Shown here piece after piece: positions 24,949-38,244 of a stretch of 64,000 nucleotides of DNA. Source of the DNA: Marsupella aquatica (taxonomy: Eukaryota; Plantae; Marchantiophyta). The DNA is taken from positions 17,375,337 to 17,439,336 of the forward strand of contig OZ316895.1 in the NCBI GenBank assembly GCA_973895155.1. The letters run 5' to 3'. Positions within the stretch are counted from its first letter, which is position 1, and each line of letters begins with the position of its first letter. The notes beneath the pieces are model-generated. The model was not told the DNA's origin and did no database searches. It was given only the letters and a program-made list of their open reading frames with translations. The position numbers and the translations under genes are program-made.

Positions 24949-25875
24949 ATGGGTACCCAAGCACCAACGGCGGGAGGAACTCCACCAGTTCCACTAGCCC
25001 CGTAGGTACCAGGTGCGTTGTGGCCCCCTACGGCTCAGAACGTGTGGCAACGATCCCGGTTTTACTATCGACCCTTTAAGGGACGACACACGGACGACCC
25101 CGATGAATGGATAGCTGAGTTTGAGGCCACGGCCAAGGCAAATGGCGAGGAAGCCATTAAGCTAACCATTCTTCCAGGCGTGCTACGAGGAGAAGCGCGC
25201 CCGTGGTATAACTTACAACCCCCTGGTTTCACATGGGGCCAGTTCCAGACGGCGTTCTTGCAAGAATTTAGGCCCGTGGGGATCAAATCTCGGGCCCTGT
25301 CAAAAATCGGATGAATGCAGATGGGTAAGCATGACTCACTTTGCAAATTTCTGCAGCGATTCCAGAAGGTTGCCGCCAAGATTCGGCCTAAGCCAGATGA
25401 CTCTCTGCTGAGGAAATGGTTCATCAACACGCTACCCCAAAGGATGGCGTTCTCAGTGCTAGAAAAGAAGACCACCACTCTACAACAAGCAATTGATAGC
25501 GCTGAATCCTTCAGGGAATTGCACTACGCCTCTCAGCTTAATAGGAGGACCAAGCATAAGAAGAGCAGGAGGTATCATACCTTCAGCGACTCCAACTCTA
25601 AGTACAACGAGAAGAAAAGGAAGAAGAAACAACGACATAAGAAGAAGGGTCGGACAAGCTCTTCATTAGACTCTGATTCAGAGTCTAGTGATTCCCTGTC
25701 CAGTAGCCTGACGACAACTGGCTCATCCTCCAGCGAGACCGAGTCAGAGTCTCGTAACCACCGAAGAAAGAAGGGATCACGGTCAGATACGGGCAACATA
25801 AACCGCGAGCCAAGGTCGTCACCGCGGACCCCAAGGCCACTAAGGTAGAAAAGCTGAATGACATTACAGACCGGC
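24949..25875 (+). pseudogene. gag: Gypsy-B gag, 5' part
   Basis: YRPFKGRHTDDPDEWIAEFEATAKAN...LRGEARPWY...TWGQFQTAFL followed by a K/S-rich tract; cut by Gypsy-C. Confidence 0.85.
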
Positions 25876-27510
25876 TGTAATGCAGTAGATTAGTTGGAAA
25901 TGATGGAAAATTTATGAATTTTGAACTTTTTCTAACTCAAAGGTGTAATATAGCTACCTTTTGTAACAATTTAGATCAACTGAACACTTTACCTGATGTT
26001 ATGCTTCATCGGAGGCTATTGCCTCTATTGGACAAGGATCGCCATATAAATCCTTGCTCTTTGCATGCTACCAAGAAAGAAGACTGGACATCATTGGAGA
26101 AGCAATGCAGACTAGAAGATTCAAAAACCGGACTCCAAAGCACTTCATAAAAAATGAGCTCTGTGTGCAATTACCATGATCAGCCAATCTTTGATATTTT
26201 AGTTAAATAGTTCTCATGGTCAGAAAAGTTTCATACTTTTTCAGGAGGTAGTCATTACGCAGTAGAATCATCCTTGAAAGTTTCAGCTCAAGCCGACTTA
26301 TAGCTAGGAAGTTAAAAATGTTTGAATCTGATAAGTTTTTGCTGCACCGCGATTACGTCTTTACGAGTTTACGCTTTTACGTGTATACGCGTTTATGCCT
26401 TCAACACTTAGAATTTTTTTTCGATTTTCTGTAGTTCTTTATTTCCGGTACTTTTTGGTATTTTATTGAAGTACCTAAACACCTCAGAAAAGTCTGAGAT
26501 TTTACCAGCATGAAGACTATACCTAAGACAATATTCTGGGAACGTTTCATCTTAAACTGATATTTGGTTTAGAAACTAAAATTAGGACAAAGCCACTATT
26601 CATTAGTTTTACCTTAATGTCACTTTTACAGTAGTTCACATTTGCAATACCTTTTGGTTAGTTTTATATACCAGGAACCCTCATGTGACCCTTAGGTACT
26701 ACTGTAGCACACCTTTGTTATTTTTACTTTAGTTCAAGAACCCTTGAGGCATGAAAGGGCATATCCTTTCATTTTCTCTCTCCTTGGGTTTCTACCAGCC
26801 TATATAAAATAGAATTTATGTCATTTGAAATGTGAAAGAATTATGTAAGCACTATGTTGCAAATTTGCAGCATGACAAGGCTTCACTTTGTAGAGAGAAA
26901 CTCTGTATTTGCATGAGTGATTAATACAAAGGAATTCTTTCCCCTTCCTTGTGTTTGAATGTTGGAGATCAAACCAGAGAAGTAAAACCTTGTGAAATGG
27001 TGAAATCTTTTGAATGTATGAAGATAGATTCCTTAATTGGTGAAGGCTATACATTCCTACACTAGTAGAAAATGGGGCCTTTTATGACTATGACACATAT
27101 GACTTATGTGCTCAAATGACAAAATGTGTAAATGACATAACATAAATGACATTGAAATGACTGTCCAAAATGACGGGGTGCAAAAAATGACTAATACTTG
27201 CAATAGTGTCATTTAAACCAATGAGCCAAATGACTTTGACTGCTATAATGACAACAATCATGAGTTGTAGTCATTTTGGACAGTCTTTATGAATGACACA
27301 ATTAACAAAAACTCTGTCATATCAGTGTTTCACATATGGGAAGTCATTTCAGACGACGGTGACTAATGACTAATAAATCAAATATGCAAATATCAGTGTT
27401 TAAAAATGTTAGTAGTCATTCAAACCAAAAGTTATAAATGACATGATAAACAACATATGACTATTTTGAGGTTTATGGTTTAGTATATGTTTAGGGTTTA
27501 GGGTATGATT

Positions 27511-30500
27511 AGCCGGCCATTAGGGATGCTACCCACTCCACATGGTGCGGGATGGGGTACTTGTACACCCTGAGCCACTAGTTATGCCACTTGGCCTCCA
27601 CAACACATTTTAAAACACACATTTTGCATCATGGAAGGGCATCACCCAACTTTGGGCAAAACACTCCCAACTTGTATGACTTTGGAGTCATTTGCCCAAA
27701 GGGGTGCAAACCATTCTAATTTGGTCATTTGCAAGGGATCTTGAGTCATTTGTGCAGTTGACTAAAAGTTTTTGTCATTTGTGGAGTGCCGAGGGGTGTC
27801 ATTTAAGCAAATGACACAAAAATAAGTCATTGATGATGTCAATGCGGCAGTCAAGCATGCCATGGACAATATGACTCCTTGGCATCGTTGGGGGCTTATT
27901 CGCAATATACGTGATCGTAGCCGGCCATTAGGGATGCTACCCACTCCACATGGTGCGGGATGGGGTACTTGTACACCCTGAGCCACTAGTTGTGCCACTT
28001 GGCCTCCACAACACTTTTTAAAATACACATTTTGCATCATGGAAGGGCATCACCCAACTTTGGGCAAAACACTCCCAAGTTGTATGACTTTGGAGTCATT
28101 TGCCCAAAGGGGTGCAAATCATTCTAATTTGGTCATTTGCAAGGGATCTTGAGTCATTTGTGCGTGTGACTAAAGGTTTTTGTCATTTGTGGAGTGCCGA
28201 GGGGTATCATTTAAGCAAATGACACAAAAATAAGTCATTGATGATGTCAATGCGGCAGTCAAGCATGCCATGGACAATATGACTCCTTGGGGTCGTTGGG
28301 GGCTTATTCGCAATATCTGTGATTGCAGCTGGCCATTAGGGATGCTACCCACTCCACATGGTGCAGGATGGGGTACTTGTACACCCTGAGCCACTAGTTA
28401 TGCCACTTGGCCTCCACAACACTTTTTAAAATACACATTTTGCATCATGGAATGGCATCACCCAACTTTGGGCAAAACACTCCCAAGTTGTATGACTTTG
28501 GAGTCATTTGCCCAAAGGGGTGCAAATCATTCTAATTTGGTCATTTGCAAGGGATCTTGAGTCATTTGTGCGTGTGACTAAAAGTTTTTGTCATTTGTGG
28601 AGTGTCGAGGGGTGTCATTTAAGCAAATGACACAAAAATAAGTTATTGATGATGTCAATGCGGCAGTCAAGCATGCCATGGACAATATGACTCCTTGGGG
28701 TCGTTGGGGACTTATTCGCAATATCTGTGATTGCAGCTGGCCATTAGGGATGCTACCCACTCCACATGGTGCGGGATGGGGTACTTGTACACCCTGAGCC
28801 ACTAGTTGTGCCACTTGGCCTCCACAACACTTTTTAAAATACACATTTTGCATCATGGAATGGCATCACCCAACTTTGGGCAAAACACTCCCAAGTTGTA
28901 TGACTTTGGAGTCATTTGCCCAAAGGGGTGCAAATCATTCTAATTTGGTCATTTGCAAGGGATCTTGAGTCATTTGTGCGTGTGACTAAAGGTTTTTGTC
29001 ATTTGTGGAGTGCCGAGGGGTGTCATTTAAGCAAATGACACAAAAATAAGTCATTGATGATATCAATGCGGCAGTCAAGCATGCCATGGACAATATGATT
29101 CCTTGGGGTCGTTGGGGGCTTATTCGCAATATCTGTGATTGCAGCTGGCCATTAGGGATGCTACCCACTCCACATGGTGCGGGATGGGGTACTTGTACAC
29201 CCTGAGCCACTAGTTATGCCATTTGGCCTCCACAACACTTTTTAACACACACATTTTGCATCTTGGCAGGGCATCACCCAACTTTGGGCAAAACACTCCC
29301 AAGTTGTATGACTTTAGGGTCATTTGCCCAAAGGGGTGCAAACCACTCGCATTTTGTCATTTGCAAGGGATATAGAGTCATTTGTGCGCTTGACTAAAGG
29401 GTTGTGTCATTTGTGGAGTGCCAGGGGATGTCATATGAGCAAATGACACAACTTGGGGTCATTCATGATGTCAATAGTGCAATCCTGCATACCAGGGACA
29501 ATATGACTGCTTGGGGCCTCGGGGGGCTGATTGGCCATATTGGTGCTGTTAGCCGGCCATCAGGGACGCTACCCACTCCACATGGTGCGGGATAGGGTAC
29601 TCGGCAACCCTTGGCCACTAGTTATTCCACTTGGCCTCCACAACACTTTTTAACACACACATTTTGCATCTTGGCAGGGCATCACCCAACTTTGGGCAAA
29701 ACACTCCCAAGTTGTATGACTTTAGGGTCATTTGCCCAAAGGGGTGCAAACCACTCGCATTTTGTCATTTGCAAGGGATATAGAGTCATTTGTGCGCTTG
29801 ACTAAAGGGTTGTGTCATTTGTGGAGTGCCAGGGGATGTCATATGAGCAAATGACACAACTTGGGGTCATTCATGATGTCAATAGTGCAGTCCTGCATAC
29901 CAGGGACAATATGACTGCTTGGGGCCTCGGGGGGCTGATTGGCCATATTGGTGCTGTTAGCCGGCCATCAGGGACGCTACCCACTCCACATGGTGCGGGA
30001 TAGGGTACTCGGCAACCCTTGGCCACTAGTTATTCCACTTGGCCTCCACAACACTTTTTAACACACACATTTTGCATCTTGGCAGGGCATCACCCAACTT
30101 TGGGCAAAACACTCCCAAGTTGTATGACTTTAGGGTCATTTGCCCAAAGGGGTGCAAACCACTCGCATTTTGTCATTTGCAAGGGATATAGAGTCATTTG
30201 TGCGCTTGACTAAAGGGTTGTGTCATTTGTGGAGTGCCAGGGGATGTCATATGAGCAAATGACACAACTTGGGGTCATTCATGATGTCAATAGTGCAGTC
30301 CTGCATACCAGGGACAATATGACTGCTTGGGGCCTCGGGGGGCTGATTGGCCATATTGGTGCTGTTAGCCGGCCATCAGGGACGCTACCCACTCCACATG
30401 GTGCGGGATAGGGTACTCGGCAACCCTTGGCCACTAGTTATTCCACTTGGCCTCCACAACACTTTTTAACACACACATTTTGCATCTTGGCAGGGCATCA

Positions 30501-30810
30501 CCCAACTTTGGGCAAAACACTCCCAAGTTGTATGACTTTAGGGTCATTTGCCCAAAGGGGTGCAAACCACTCGCATTTTGTCATTTGCAAGGGATATAGA
30601 GTCATTTGTGCGCTTGACTAAAGGGTTGTGTCATTTGTGGAGTGCGAGGGCATGTCATATGAGCAAATGACACAACTAGGGGTCATTCATGATGTCAATA
30701 GTGCAGTCCTGCATACCAGGGACAATATGACTTCTTGGGGCCTCGGGGGGCTGATTGGCCATATTGGTGCTGTTAACGGACCATTAGGGATGGTACCCAC
30801 TCCACATGGT
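27511..30810. repeat. 408 bp tandem array (~8 units, two subtypes) inside the CACTA
   Basis: Units start at 27511, 27919, 28327, 28735, 29143, 29551, 29959, 30367 and 30775 (partial). The ORF track repeats with period 408. Confidence 0.95.
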
Positions 30811-33800
30811 ATTTTGAAGTCATTTCTAAATTGTTGTGTCATTTATAAGCTTGTGAGTGAACTTTCTGGTCATTTGTGTAGTGTCGTGAGATGTCATATT
30901 TGCAATTGACTATAGTACAAGTCATTCCATGTGTCAATGGCAGTGTCATTTAATCCTTCTAAGGCAACATGTCCGGTGAGGGCCCCAAGTGTTGCAAGTT
31001 TACCCCTATTTGTTGATTTGCCAAAAAATTAGGGTCATATGTGGCCATGACTAAATTGGATGGGATTAGTCATCTAATATGTCATTGTCTAAGTATGACA
31101 ACATCCACCAAATTCTATTTTACCAATGTAGAGACGGTTCTCTCAGGGGATTTGGAGACATGCTTTTGGGGGGATTTTACATGTATATTAAAGCGACTAT
31201 GAGGGGAGGGATGTTACCATGGCCTCCTTTTACTTTAAGGGGTTTCATGGGTCCCCCTTCATCACCACTACCACCACTTCCCTCTCCCCGATTTGGCATT
31301 TGTTTCCCGTTCCCATTCCCGTTGGACGTTGCATCTCCACCGTCCACATGTCATCCCCTCATGCCCTGGCACTGTCTTCCTTTAGTCGCGGGAACCTTGT
31401 GAAGCACCTAACTCACATTGGACTCCGTTTTGTGAAGAACATTGGCAGAGCATCTTGAATGTCGAGGGTTTCTGGCATTTGCGCGTAGTCTTAAATGAAG
31501 GGTTTATCGTTGCAAGGCAGAGTCGTGTGCAGAGTTCCACTTACCACATTCTCACAAGCAACGTCTTTCACAAGTGCGGGATTGTATTGGGGACTTTAGT
31601 TGCAACCTCTAGGCTGCATCATAGGGTGAACAAGTGCGAAGGAGTTTCAGGGTTCTCAGCGGCTGTCCTGCCATCACATTTTGTCTCCTATTGCGCCTAT
31701 GCATTGTGCTTTTTGGCAAAGGACCCTCGTTTGGCCTGGGTTTTCTTCGGGCATTTTCCTCCAACGCCCGTCATTTGTTAACATAGTCGACGACATGTGT
31801 ATGGAGTCTGCCTGATCCGGGCCTTGCCTTCTCGCAACTGTCGTTAAATCTCTACGTTGCGTTCCTTTCGCTCTACTACATCCTGCCTTTGTGTTCCCTC
31901 TGCTTTCGGCTCTGCATTTTGGTTAGTCGATCGAGGTTTAGGCGACCTTGGTTTTGGGCTGTACTCATCGGGAGGCGCGCAAGCTTGCTATAGAGGAGCT
32001 GCGCCGAGGCCGGAAGGCTTCTCCTTTTGCCATATAGTTTGCTTCTTGGTGGCCTTCAGTTTAGTCCTGCTTGGTGGCCTTCAGCTTAGTCCTGCTTGGT
32101 GGCCGAGACTACATTGTCCTGTGAGTGGCCGAGCTCTACTACAAGCACCTACTACAAGTGAGTTGCAATCAGGGACCTACTAGCAGCTGCCTGCAAGGAA
32201 GGGGCGACCCGCTGCTGCAAGGGAGGGGTGTGAACGGAGCGGCTACCTACTGCTTCGGGGATTGGGTTAAGTGCGGCTGCAACCAGGTATTTTGTCCATG
32301 CTATATAAATCCTACTGCTTGCAATGTGTGTTGTAATTTGTTCTTCCTGTGATTCAATTTGTTGCTAATATTCTATGTAGAGCTCTCGCTTAGCTCATGA
32401 ATGCTTTTGGACCCCTTTGTCTGTTTTTCTAGCTTTCTGAATGCCATATGCAACGACATTTTTTACCCCATGACTAGGCCTAGCATCTGCTACCTACTTA
32501 GGGATTGTATGCCAACGCTACCTGAAACCCCACTTCAATCCTTGAGACTGCTGTTGCTTTTTAATGCTGTCATTTGCACTTACACAGCCCAATGCTATCA
32601 AATTTTGTTTTCAGTTTCAATGAAGGGCAATGTCTGGCGAGTAGTAGCAATAGCGATCAACCAAGAGCAGAGTCCCAGTTTGAAGGGCGTTTCCATTCTG
32701 GTCTGTATAGGTTTCCATGCATGTTCGTGCCTATCTCAATCTATTTTTTTTCCTGCTCTAAGATTGATTTTCCATTCTCGGATGTTCCTGGCTCAGCCCT
32801 GGGTTCGAAGAGGTTTTGGCAAAAATGAGTTTTGGCCTGTTTGAATTTGGGCTCCAGATGCCATACAATACAATGAACCTGTACTTCGAAGCCATTCATT
32901 GCGTCGAGACAGCAGTATTAGACGTCCCTTGTTCTCATTGTCATGATATAACCTGAAGAAAATAAAATGCAAGCTTTTAGCGTAGATCGACTGAAATTAA
33001 GGTACCATGTCAGAAGAGACAGCAGATAGCCTTTTGCCCCGCCTTTTGCTTCCAGGTCGCTTTTTGTTGCGGTGGTGCTTCATTCCAAGGTGACGTTTTC
33101 TACAAAAATCCTCAACAAAGTTGCTACAAACTCACTAATTCCCTTGGAGGGCGGTTCTGATTTAATTCATGAATTCCGTATTGTCTCCATCACTGTCGTT
33201 CGCTTCATCAGTTTTGTTCTATGCTTCCTATCTTGTGTTTCCACATATCTTGATCAGCGTGAAATGATCACTACAATAATTAACTGTGTAGCTAACTGTA
33301 GGTTGTGGAAAAACCCAAAGCTGGAAGCTTAATTTAATCTTACCTTTTGTTCTTGGCTCAGCCCAGGGTGGGCTGTGCATCATTTTATGAGCTCAGAACC
33401 ATTCTGCAGAGCAAAATATATCGGTGGAATATATTTGTGAGATTTAAAGAAGTTGAATGAATTGATGTCCGTCAAGATCAATACGCAGGTTCTCATTATT
33501 TGTAGAAACAACAACAAATTGTAACAATCTTTGACAATATGAAAGAAATTGATTGTGCTCTTCGTAGGAGATATACTTTGCTCATTGTGTGTAATGTTGT
33601 GCAAGAAACTCCTTTTCCAAAATCAAAGATTGTTTCTCTGATTTGAGGTGGATATTGGAGCTACAAGGACCTGCGGGTGAGCTTTGAGAATCTCCTTGCT
33701 GCAAGGTGAGAGTCTTTCCTGGTCGTGAACTTATGTCCTCTCATAGTCTCATTTAATTTTGAGGAACAATCCATATGCTTCCGTGGCATGGGTCATCTGT

Positions 33801-34305
33801 CAAATTTTTACTGTGCATTGCTCAAGTCTGTGGATGGTTCACTTCATTATTCGGGAATGTCCGCATTCACAGAATAGATTGCTTTTCTCCTGCCATCCCT
33901 TGGCCACTTGCTTTGCATTTCCATCTGCATTCCGCTTATTGCTCTGCCTCTCTCCCAATCTCCTTCAAATAACCATTACCACTTACAATATTCTATGAGG
34001 AGTAGGTTGTGTACCCAAGTAAATGATTTCCAATCTAATATGCTCAGTGTTTACCTGTTGTTGGCATGCATGTACTATTCTATTGTCAATGAAGGCTAAA
34101 GTGGGGGCTGCCTTTACGTCAGTTGGAGTACTCTACCTCAATTGTATGTACAGTATCCTTCACTTGTGCACACATTTGCTTCACATGATACTCTAGAAGA
34201 TAGTATGGAAGGGTTTGGAGTGGTCTAGAACAAATTCGTATGCTGTGCAATATGACACAGAAGAAAGAAGTGCAATTGTGTATTTGATTAGGTAGTGCTG
34301 CAATC

Positions 34306-37300
34306 ATGGCTTCTTCTAGCCAGGCTGGGTCACGCAACACTGGACATACAACAGAGGCAGTTCACCATCCAACTGTGCCTTCCTTCGATCCGAGTTGAAT
34401 CCAACGTCGAGATGATAATTTATGGGCCCGAGAACAGAGAGCCTGTGCTGGTAGTGCTGATCATAGAATGTATTGCCCTTGCATGCGATGCAAAGGGAAT
34501 TATAAGACCACTCGAAAGACTACTTGACAACATCTTGTTAAGCATGGTCGCTACCCTGCTTGTAGAGTCTGGGTAGGAGAGGGTCAGGACTCTTCTGATG
34601 AGGAGTGGAGAACTGATTATATACGCCACTATGGCCCTGAGGCATTGAAAGCAGGAAATTGCCCTGAGGCATTGAAGGCAGGAAATTGCCCTGAGGCAAC
34701 CCACACAGACCACCCTGCAATAGATGTTGAACAGCAGGTCAGAGCTTTACTTGAGGAGACAATGGCTAGAGCTTATGAAGAAAGTGATGAATTTGTGGAT
34801 AACGTAGCTCCTTTTGATTTAGACTCAATGTTTCAGAATGATGAGAATGATCAAAACGATCAGAATGAGCAGAATGAGGCAGATACAGCCTCTACTGAGG
34901 CCAATCATGAGGGCACAAATCTCTCAGGACCTCCAATAGACCCTGTGCCTGTCCAAGGGTCTTTAGAAGAGGCCATGCGACCTTTATATCCAGGGAGTAA
35001 GATAGATGTAGTTTCTTTTATGTTGTTGTTCTTGAACATTTGTCACAACAATCGTTTCTCAAACACGGGAGTGAATGCCATGCTGTCTTTGTTGACTGAG
35101 CATGGAATGCCAACAGAGCACACTCTCCCTAAGAACCTATATGCTGCGAAACAATTACTGCGGAAACTAGGTTTAGATTATGAGAGAATCCCAGTATGTG
35201 AAAATGGATGTATGTTATTTAGAGGTGACACTGCGCACTTGGAAAATTGTTCCAAGTGTGGCCAGCCAAAGATGAAGTTAGTGGGGAATTCAAAACAGCC
35301 TGTGAAGGTGTTGAGATATTTCCCTATAATCCCTCGATTGAAGAGATTGTATGCCACGAAAGGGACTTCTAAACTCATGACTTGGCATCATGAGAACAAG
35401 AGCAAGGACAACATGGTCCGGCATCCAGCAGATTCAAAGGCATGGAAACATGTGGATACAGAGATCGACCCTGGTTTTGCTGCTGAGCCAAGGAATGTCC
35501 GAATGGGATTGGCACTTGATGGGGTAAATCCATTTGGGAATAATTCCACTGCTTGGTCTACCTGGCCAATCTTGCTGCTGAATTATAATATCCCTCCTTG
35601 GCTTACCACAAAAAAATTCTTTGTCATGCTGGCTCTTCTAATTCCGGGCCCTGAGTCAGTAACTGAGGAGCAGTTTGATATATACATGGCTCCAGTCGTG
35701 GATGAGCTTGTGACACTATGGAAAGGAGTGGATTGTTTTGATGTTCTACCAAGGCCTGGATTGCCTCAACAATTCAAGCTAAGGGCTTCGGTATTGTGGA
35801 CAATCAATGATTACCCTGCATATGGTTTAGTTTCTGGCCAACAACATGCAGGGTATAGAGGATGTGTTGTTTGTGGGCCAAAATGCATGGCACAAGGTTC
35901 TTCACACTTGAAAAAGTTACTGTTTGCTGGCCATCGTCGATGGTTACCACCTAGGCATCCTTTTCGCAGTCAAGAAGTGGCAAAATACTTTGATGGGGAG
36001 GTTGAGGTAGAACCTGCACCATGTAGAATGTCCAGCTCTGGCAGGCTACGTTGGGGAGAGGAGACAACTGCGTATGTGAAAAAGAAAGCAGGGAATAAAT
36101 TTGATGATGATGATTCTCCAATAAAGACGCATGGAGTGAAGAGGGCTACTGGATTATACAAGTTGCCTTACTGGAGTGTAAGTATCTGGTTCCTGATTGT
36201 CCAATCCACTTAGTTTGTGTACTCCTATGCAGTAAAGTTCTGCATTCTTGATTCTAACTCACTTTGTATTGTACTGTCTAATGCAGCAACTTCTCATCAA
36301 CCATTGTCTTGATCCAATGCATTGTGAGAAGAATCTTGCCCACAACATTGTACATACTATCCTGGGAACTAAGGATACTCCTGCTGTTCGAGAGGACATG
36401 AAAGACCTGCAAGTGCGAGAACACCTGTGGCTTGTACCGAATAAGGATCCAAAAGGTCCTAAGGTCATGCCACCAGCCCCATATTGCTTGAGTAAGAGTG
36501 AGAAGACAAAGTTCTTGGAGGTATTGTTGACCTTCAAAGGGCCCACTGGTTTTGCTAGTTCTCTGGCTAGGTGTGTTACAGTCAAGAAGAAGTTATCTGG
36601 GTTGAAATCTCATGATTTCCATCATCTCATGCAACAAATTATCCCATTGGCAACTATGGGATTACTTGATGAAGGTGTTCGCTTGGCCATCGCTAGGGTG
36701 AGCAATGTGTGGCGTAACATTTGTGCCAAGGTTTGGGATCCTTCACAGTACAATGACCTGATGATGGATGTTGCATTCACACTCTGCATTATGGAAATTC
36801 ACTTCCCACCAAGTTTCTTTGATGTGATGACCCACTTGATGATTCATGTAGTGGAGGAACTAGACCTGTGTGGCCCAGTGAACATTAGATGGATGTATCC
36901 AATAGAAAGACATCTGAAGACCTTGAAAGGTTTTGTTCGAAACAAGGCACGTCCAGAGGCTTCCATGGCTGAAGGCTACATTCTAGATGAATCCATAGGA
37001 TTCCTTTCTGAGTACATGATAGATGCTAAAGGGACAGGAAAGAGAACATGGGACTTGGAGGAGAATCCTGGTGTTGCAGGCATTGTCTTGGAAGGAGCTG
37101 CAAAAGAGAGAACCATGCAATGGAGTGAAATGATAGCTATGCATCATTACATACTGGAGAATGAAGAGCAAGTGAAACCATGGTACAGGTATGAGCTTGG
37201 TCCATTGAGGCATGTTGATTATGATTATCATTATTAATTGACAGTCAATAGTCTAAAATGTTTTGTTGTTTGTGTGGGACTAGAAGTTGACATTGGTAAT

Positions 37301-38158
37301 TGTTGCCATGCATGTAGGATTTATGATGATGCCAATGAGGCCATCACCAAGCGCAGAGCAGAAATCAGGAAAGAATGGATGAAGAATCCAGGGAATCGAA
37401 AGCGTCCTGTACAGTATCCCTCTGATTTGAGAGAGTTACCTCCTTTCACAGAATGGTTTGAAGCTTCAATTAGGTCCCACCATTTTGAGGATGAGGTTCA
37501 AAGATCTGTGCTGACAGGGTACAGTGTACCACCTAGTTTGAAGGTGTTGCAATATAAGGCCTGCAGAGCCTATGGGCATCATTGGAGAACCGTTCCATCA
37601 CTTGGCTCTTTGATTGACTGTGACTCTTCTGGGTTCAAGACATTTGATTCTGGGATGGCTTCTACATTCATTGAGAAGCGAGTGAATAGAGCAGGTGCAA
37701 CAATAGATGAGTTGGTGCAGTATGTGGGAGTGTTGACAGACATATTAGTACTAAACTATGGGGGATTGAGAAAGGAAGTGGTCCTTTTCAAAGGGCGATG
37801 GGCAAACCCATCTTGGACTCCTAAAGCCTCTGCAAGTATGAGGTATTCAGAGTCTGGCCTTTGGTAGGTGAATTTTTAGAAGGAGCTTGGTGCTTCCAAA
37901 AGAATGGACTATGTATTCCCACGGCAGTTAGAGCAAGTGTTCTTTTACCCGAATGAGAAGGGGATTGCATGGAGGACAGTCCTCCACAAAGAATCCAGGT
38001 CGACAAGGGTGGCCGGTGAATATATGGAAGTTGATTTCCATGATACTATGGAAAACAATGCCAAGTATCACATACAGCTAGCAGAAGCCTATACCAGTAG
38101 ATCGCAGCCTAGCCCAAGTACTACCGACAAAGGAAAAAGGAAGTATAAAAAGAAGTAA
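34306..38158 (+). pseudogene. tnpD: CACTA transposase TnpD/Tnp2 (exons 34306-36177, 36287-37188, 37318-38158)
   Basis: MYCPCMRC N-terminal domain, HPADSKAW, LALDGVNPF, WTINDYPAYG, CLDPMHCEKN, GLKSHDFH, FFDVMTHLMIH and WMYPIER. Premature stops at 34396, 34525 and 37865. Confidence 0.92.
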
Positions 38159-38244
38159 TCAGGTTGTAGCTTAGTTACAATCAGGGTATGTTTGGTTTAT
38201 TTAATTTAGACTAAAGTTTTATCCATGGATGCTCCAGTTTGTGA

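Noticed and set aside
27511-30810. CRISPR array or repeated small ORFs (63-93 aa)
   Set aside because: Whole 408 bp units repeat with no unique spacers and no cas genes; the ORFs are by-products of the repeat.
31000-34300. Captured host gene inside the CACTA (several 60-150 aa ORFs)
   Set aside because: No recognisable motifs; more consistent with promoter and 5' UTR exons/introns of the transposase transcript.
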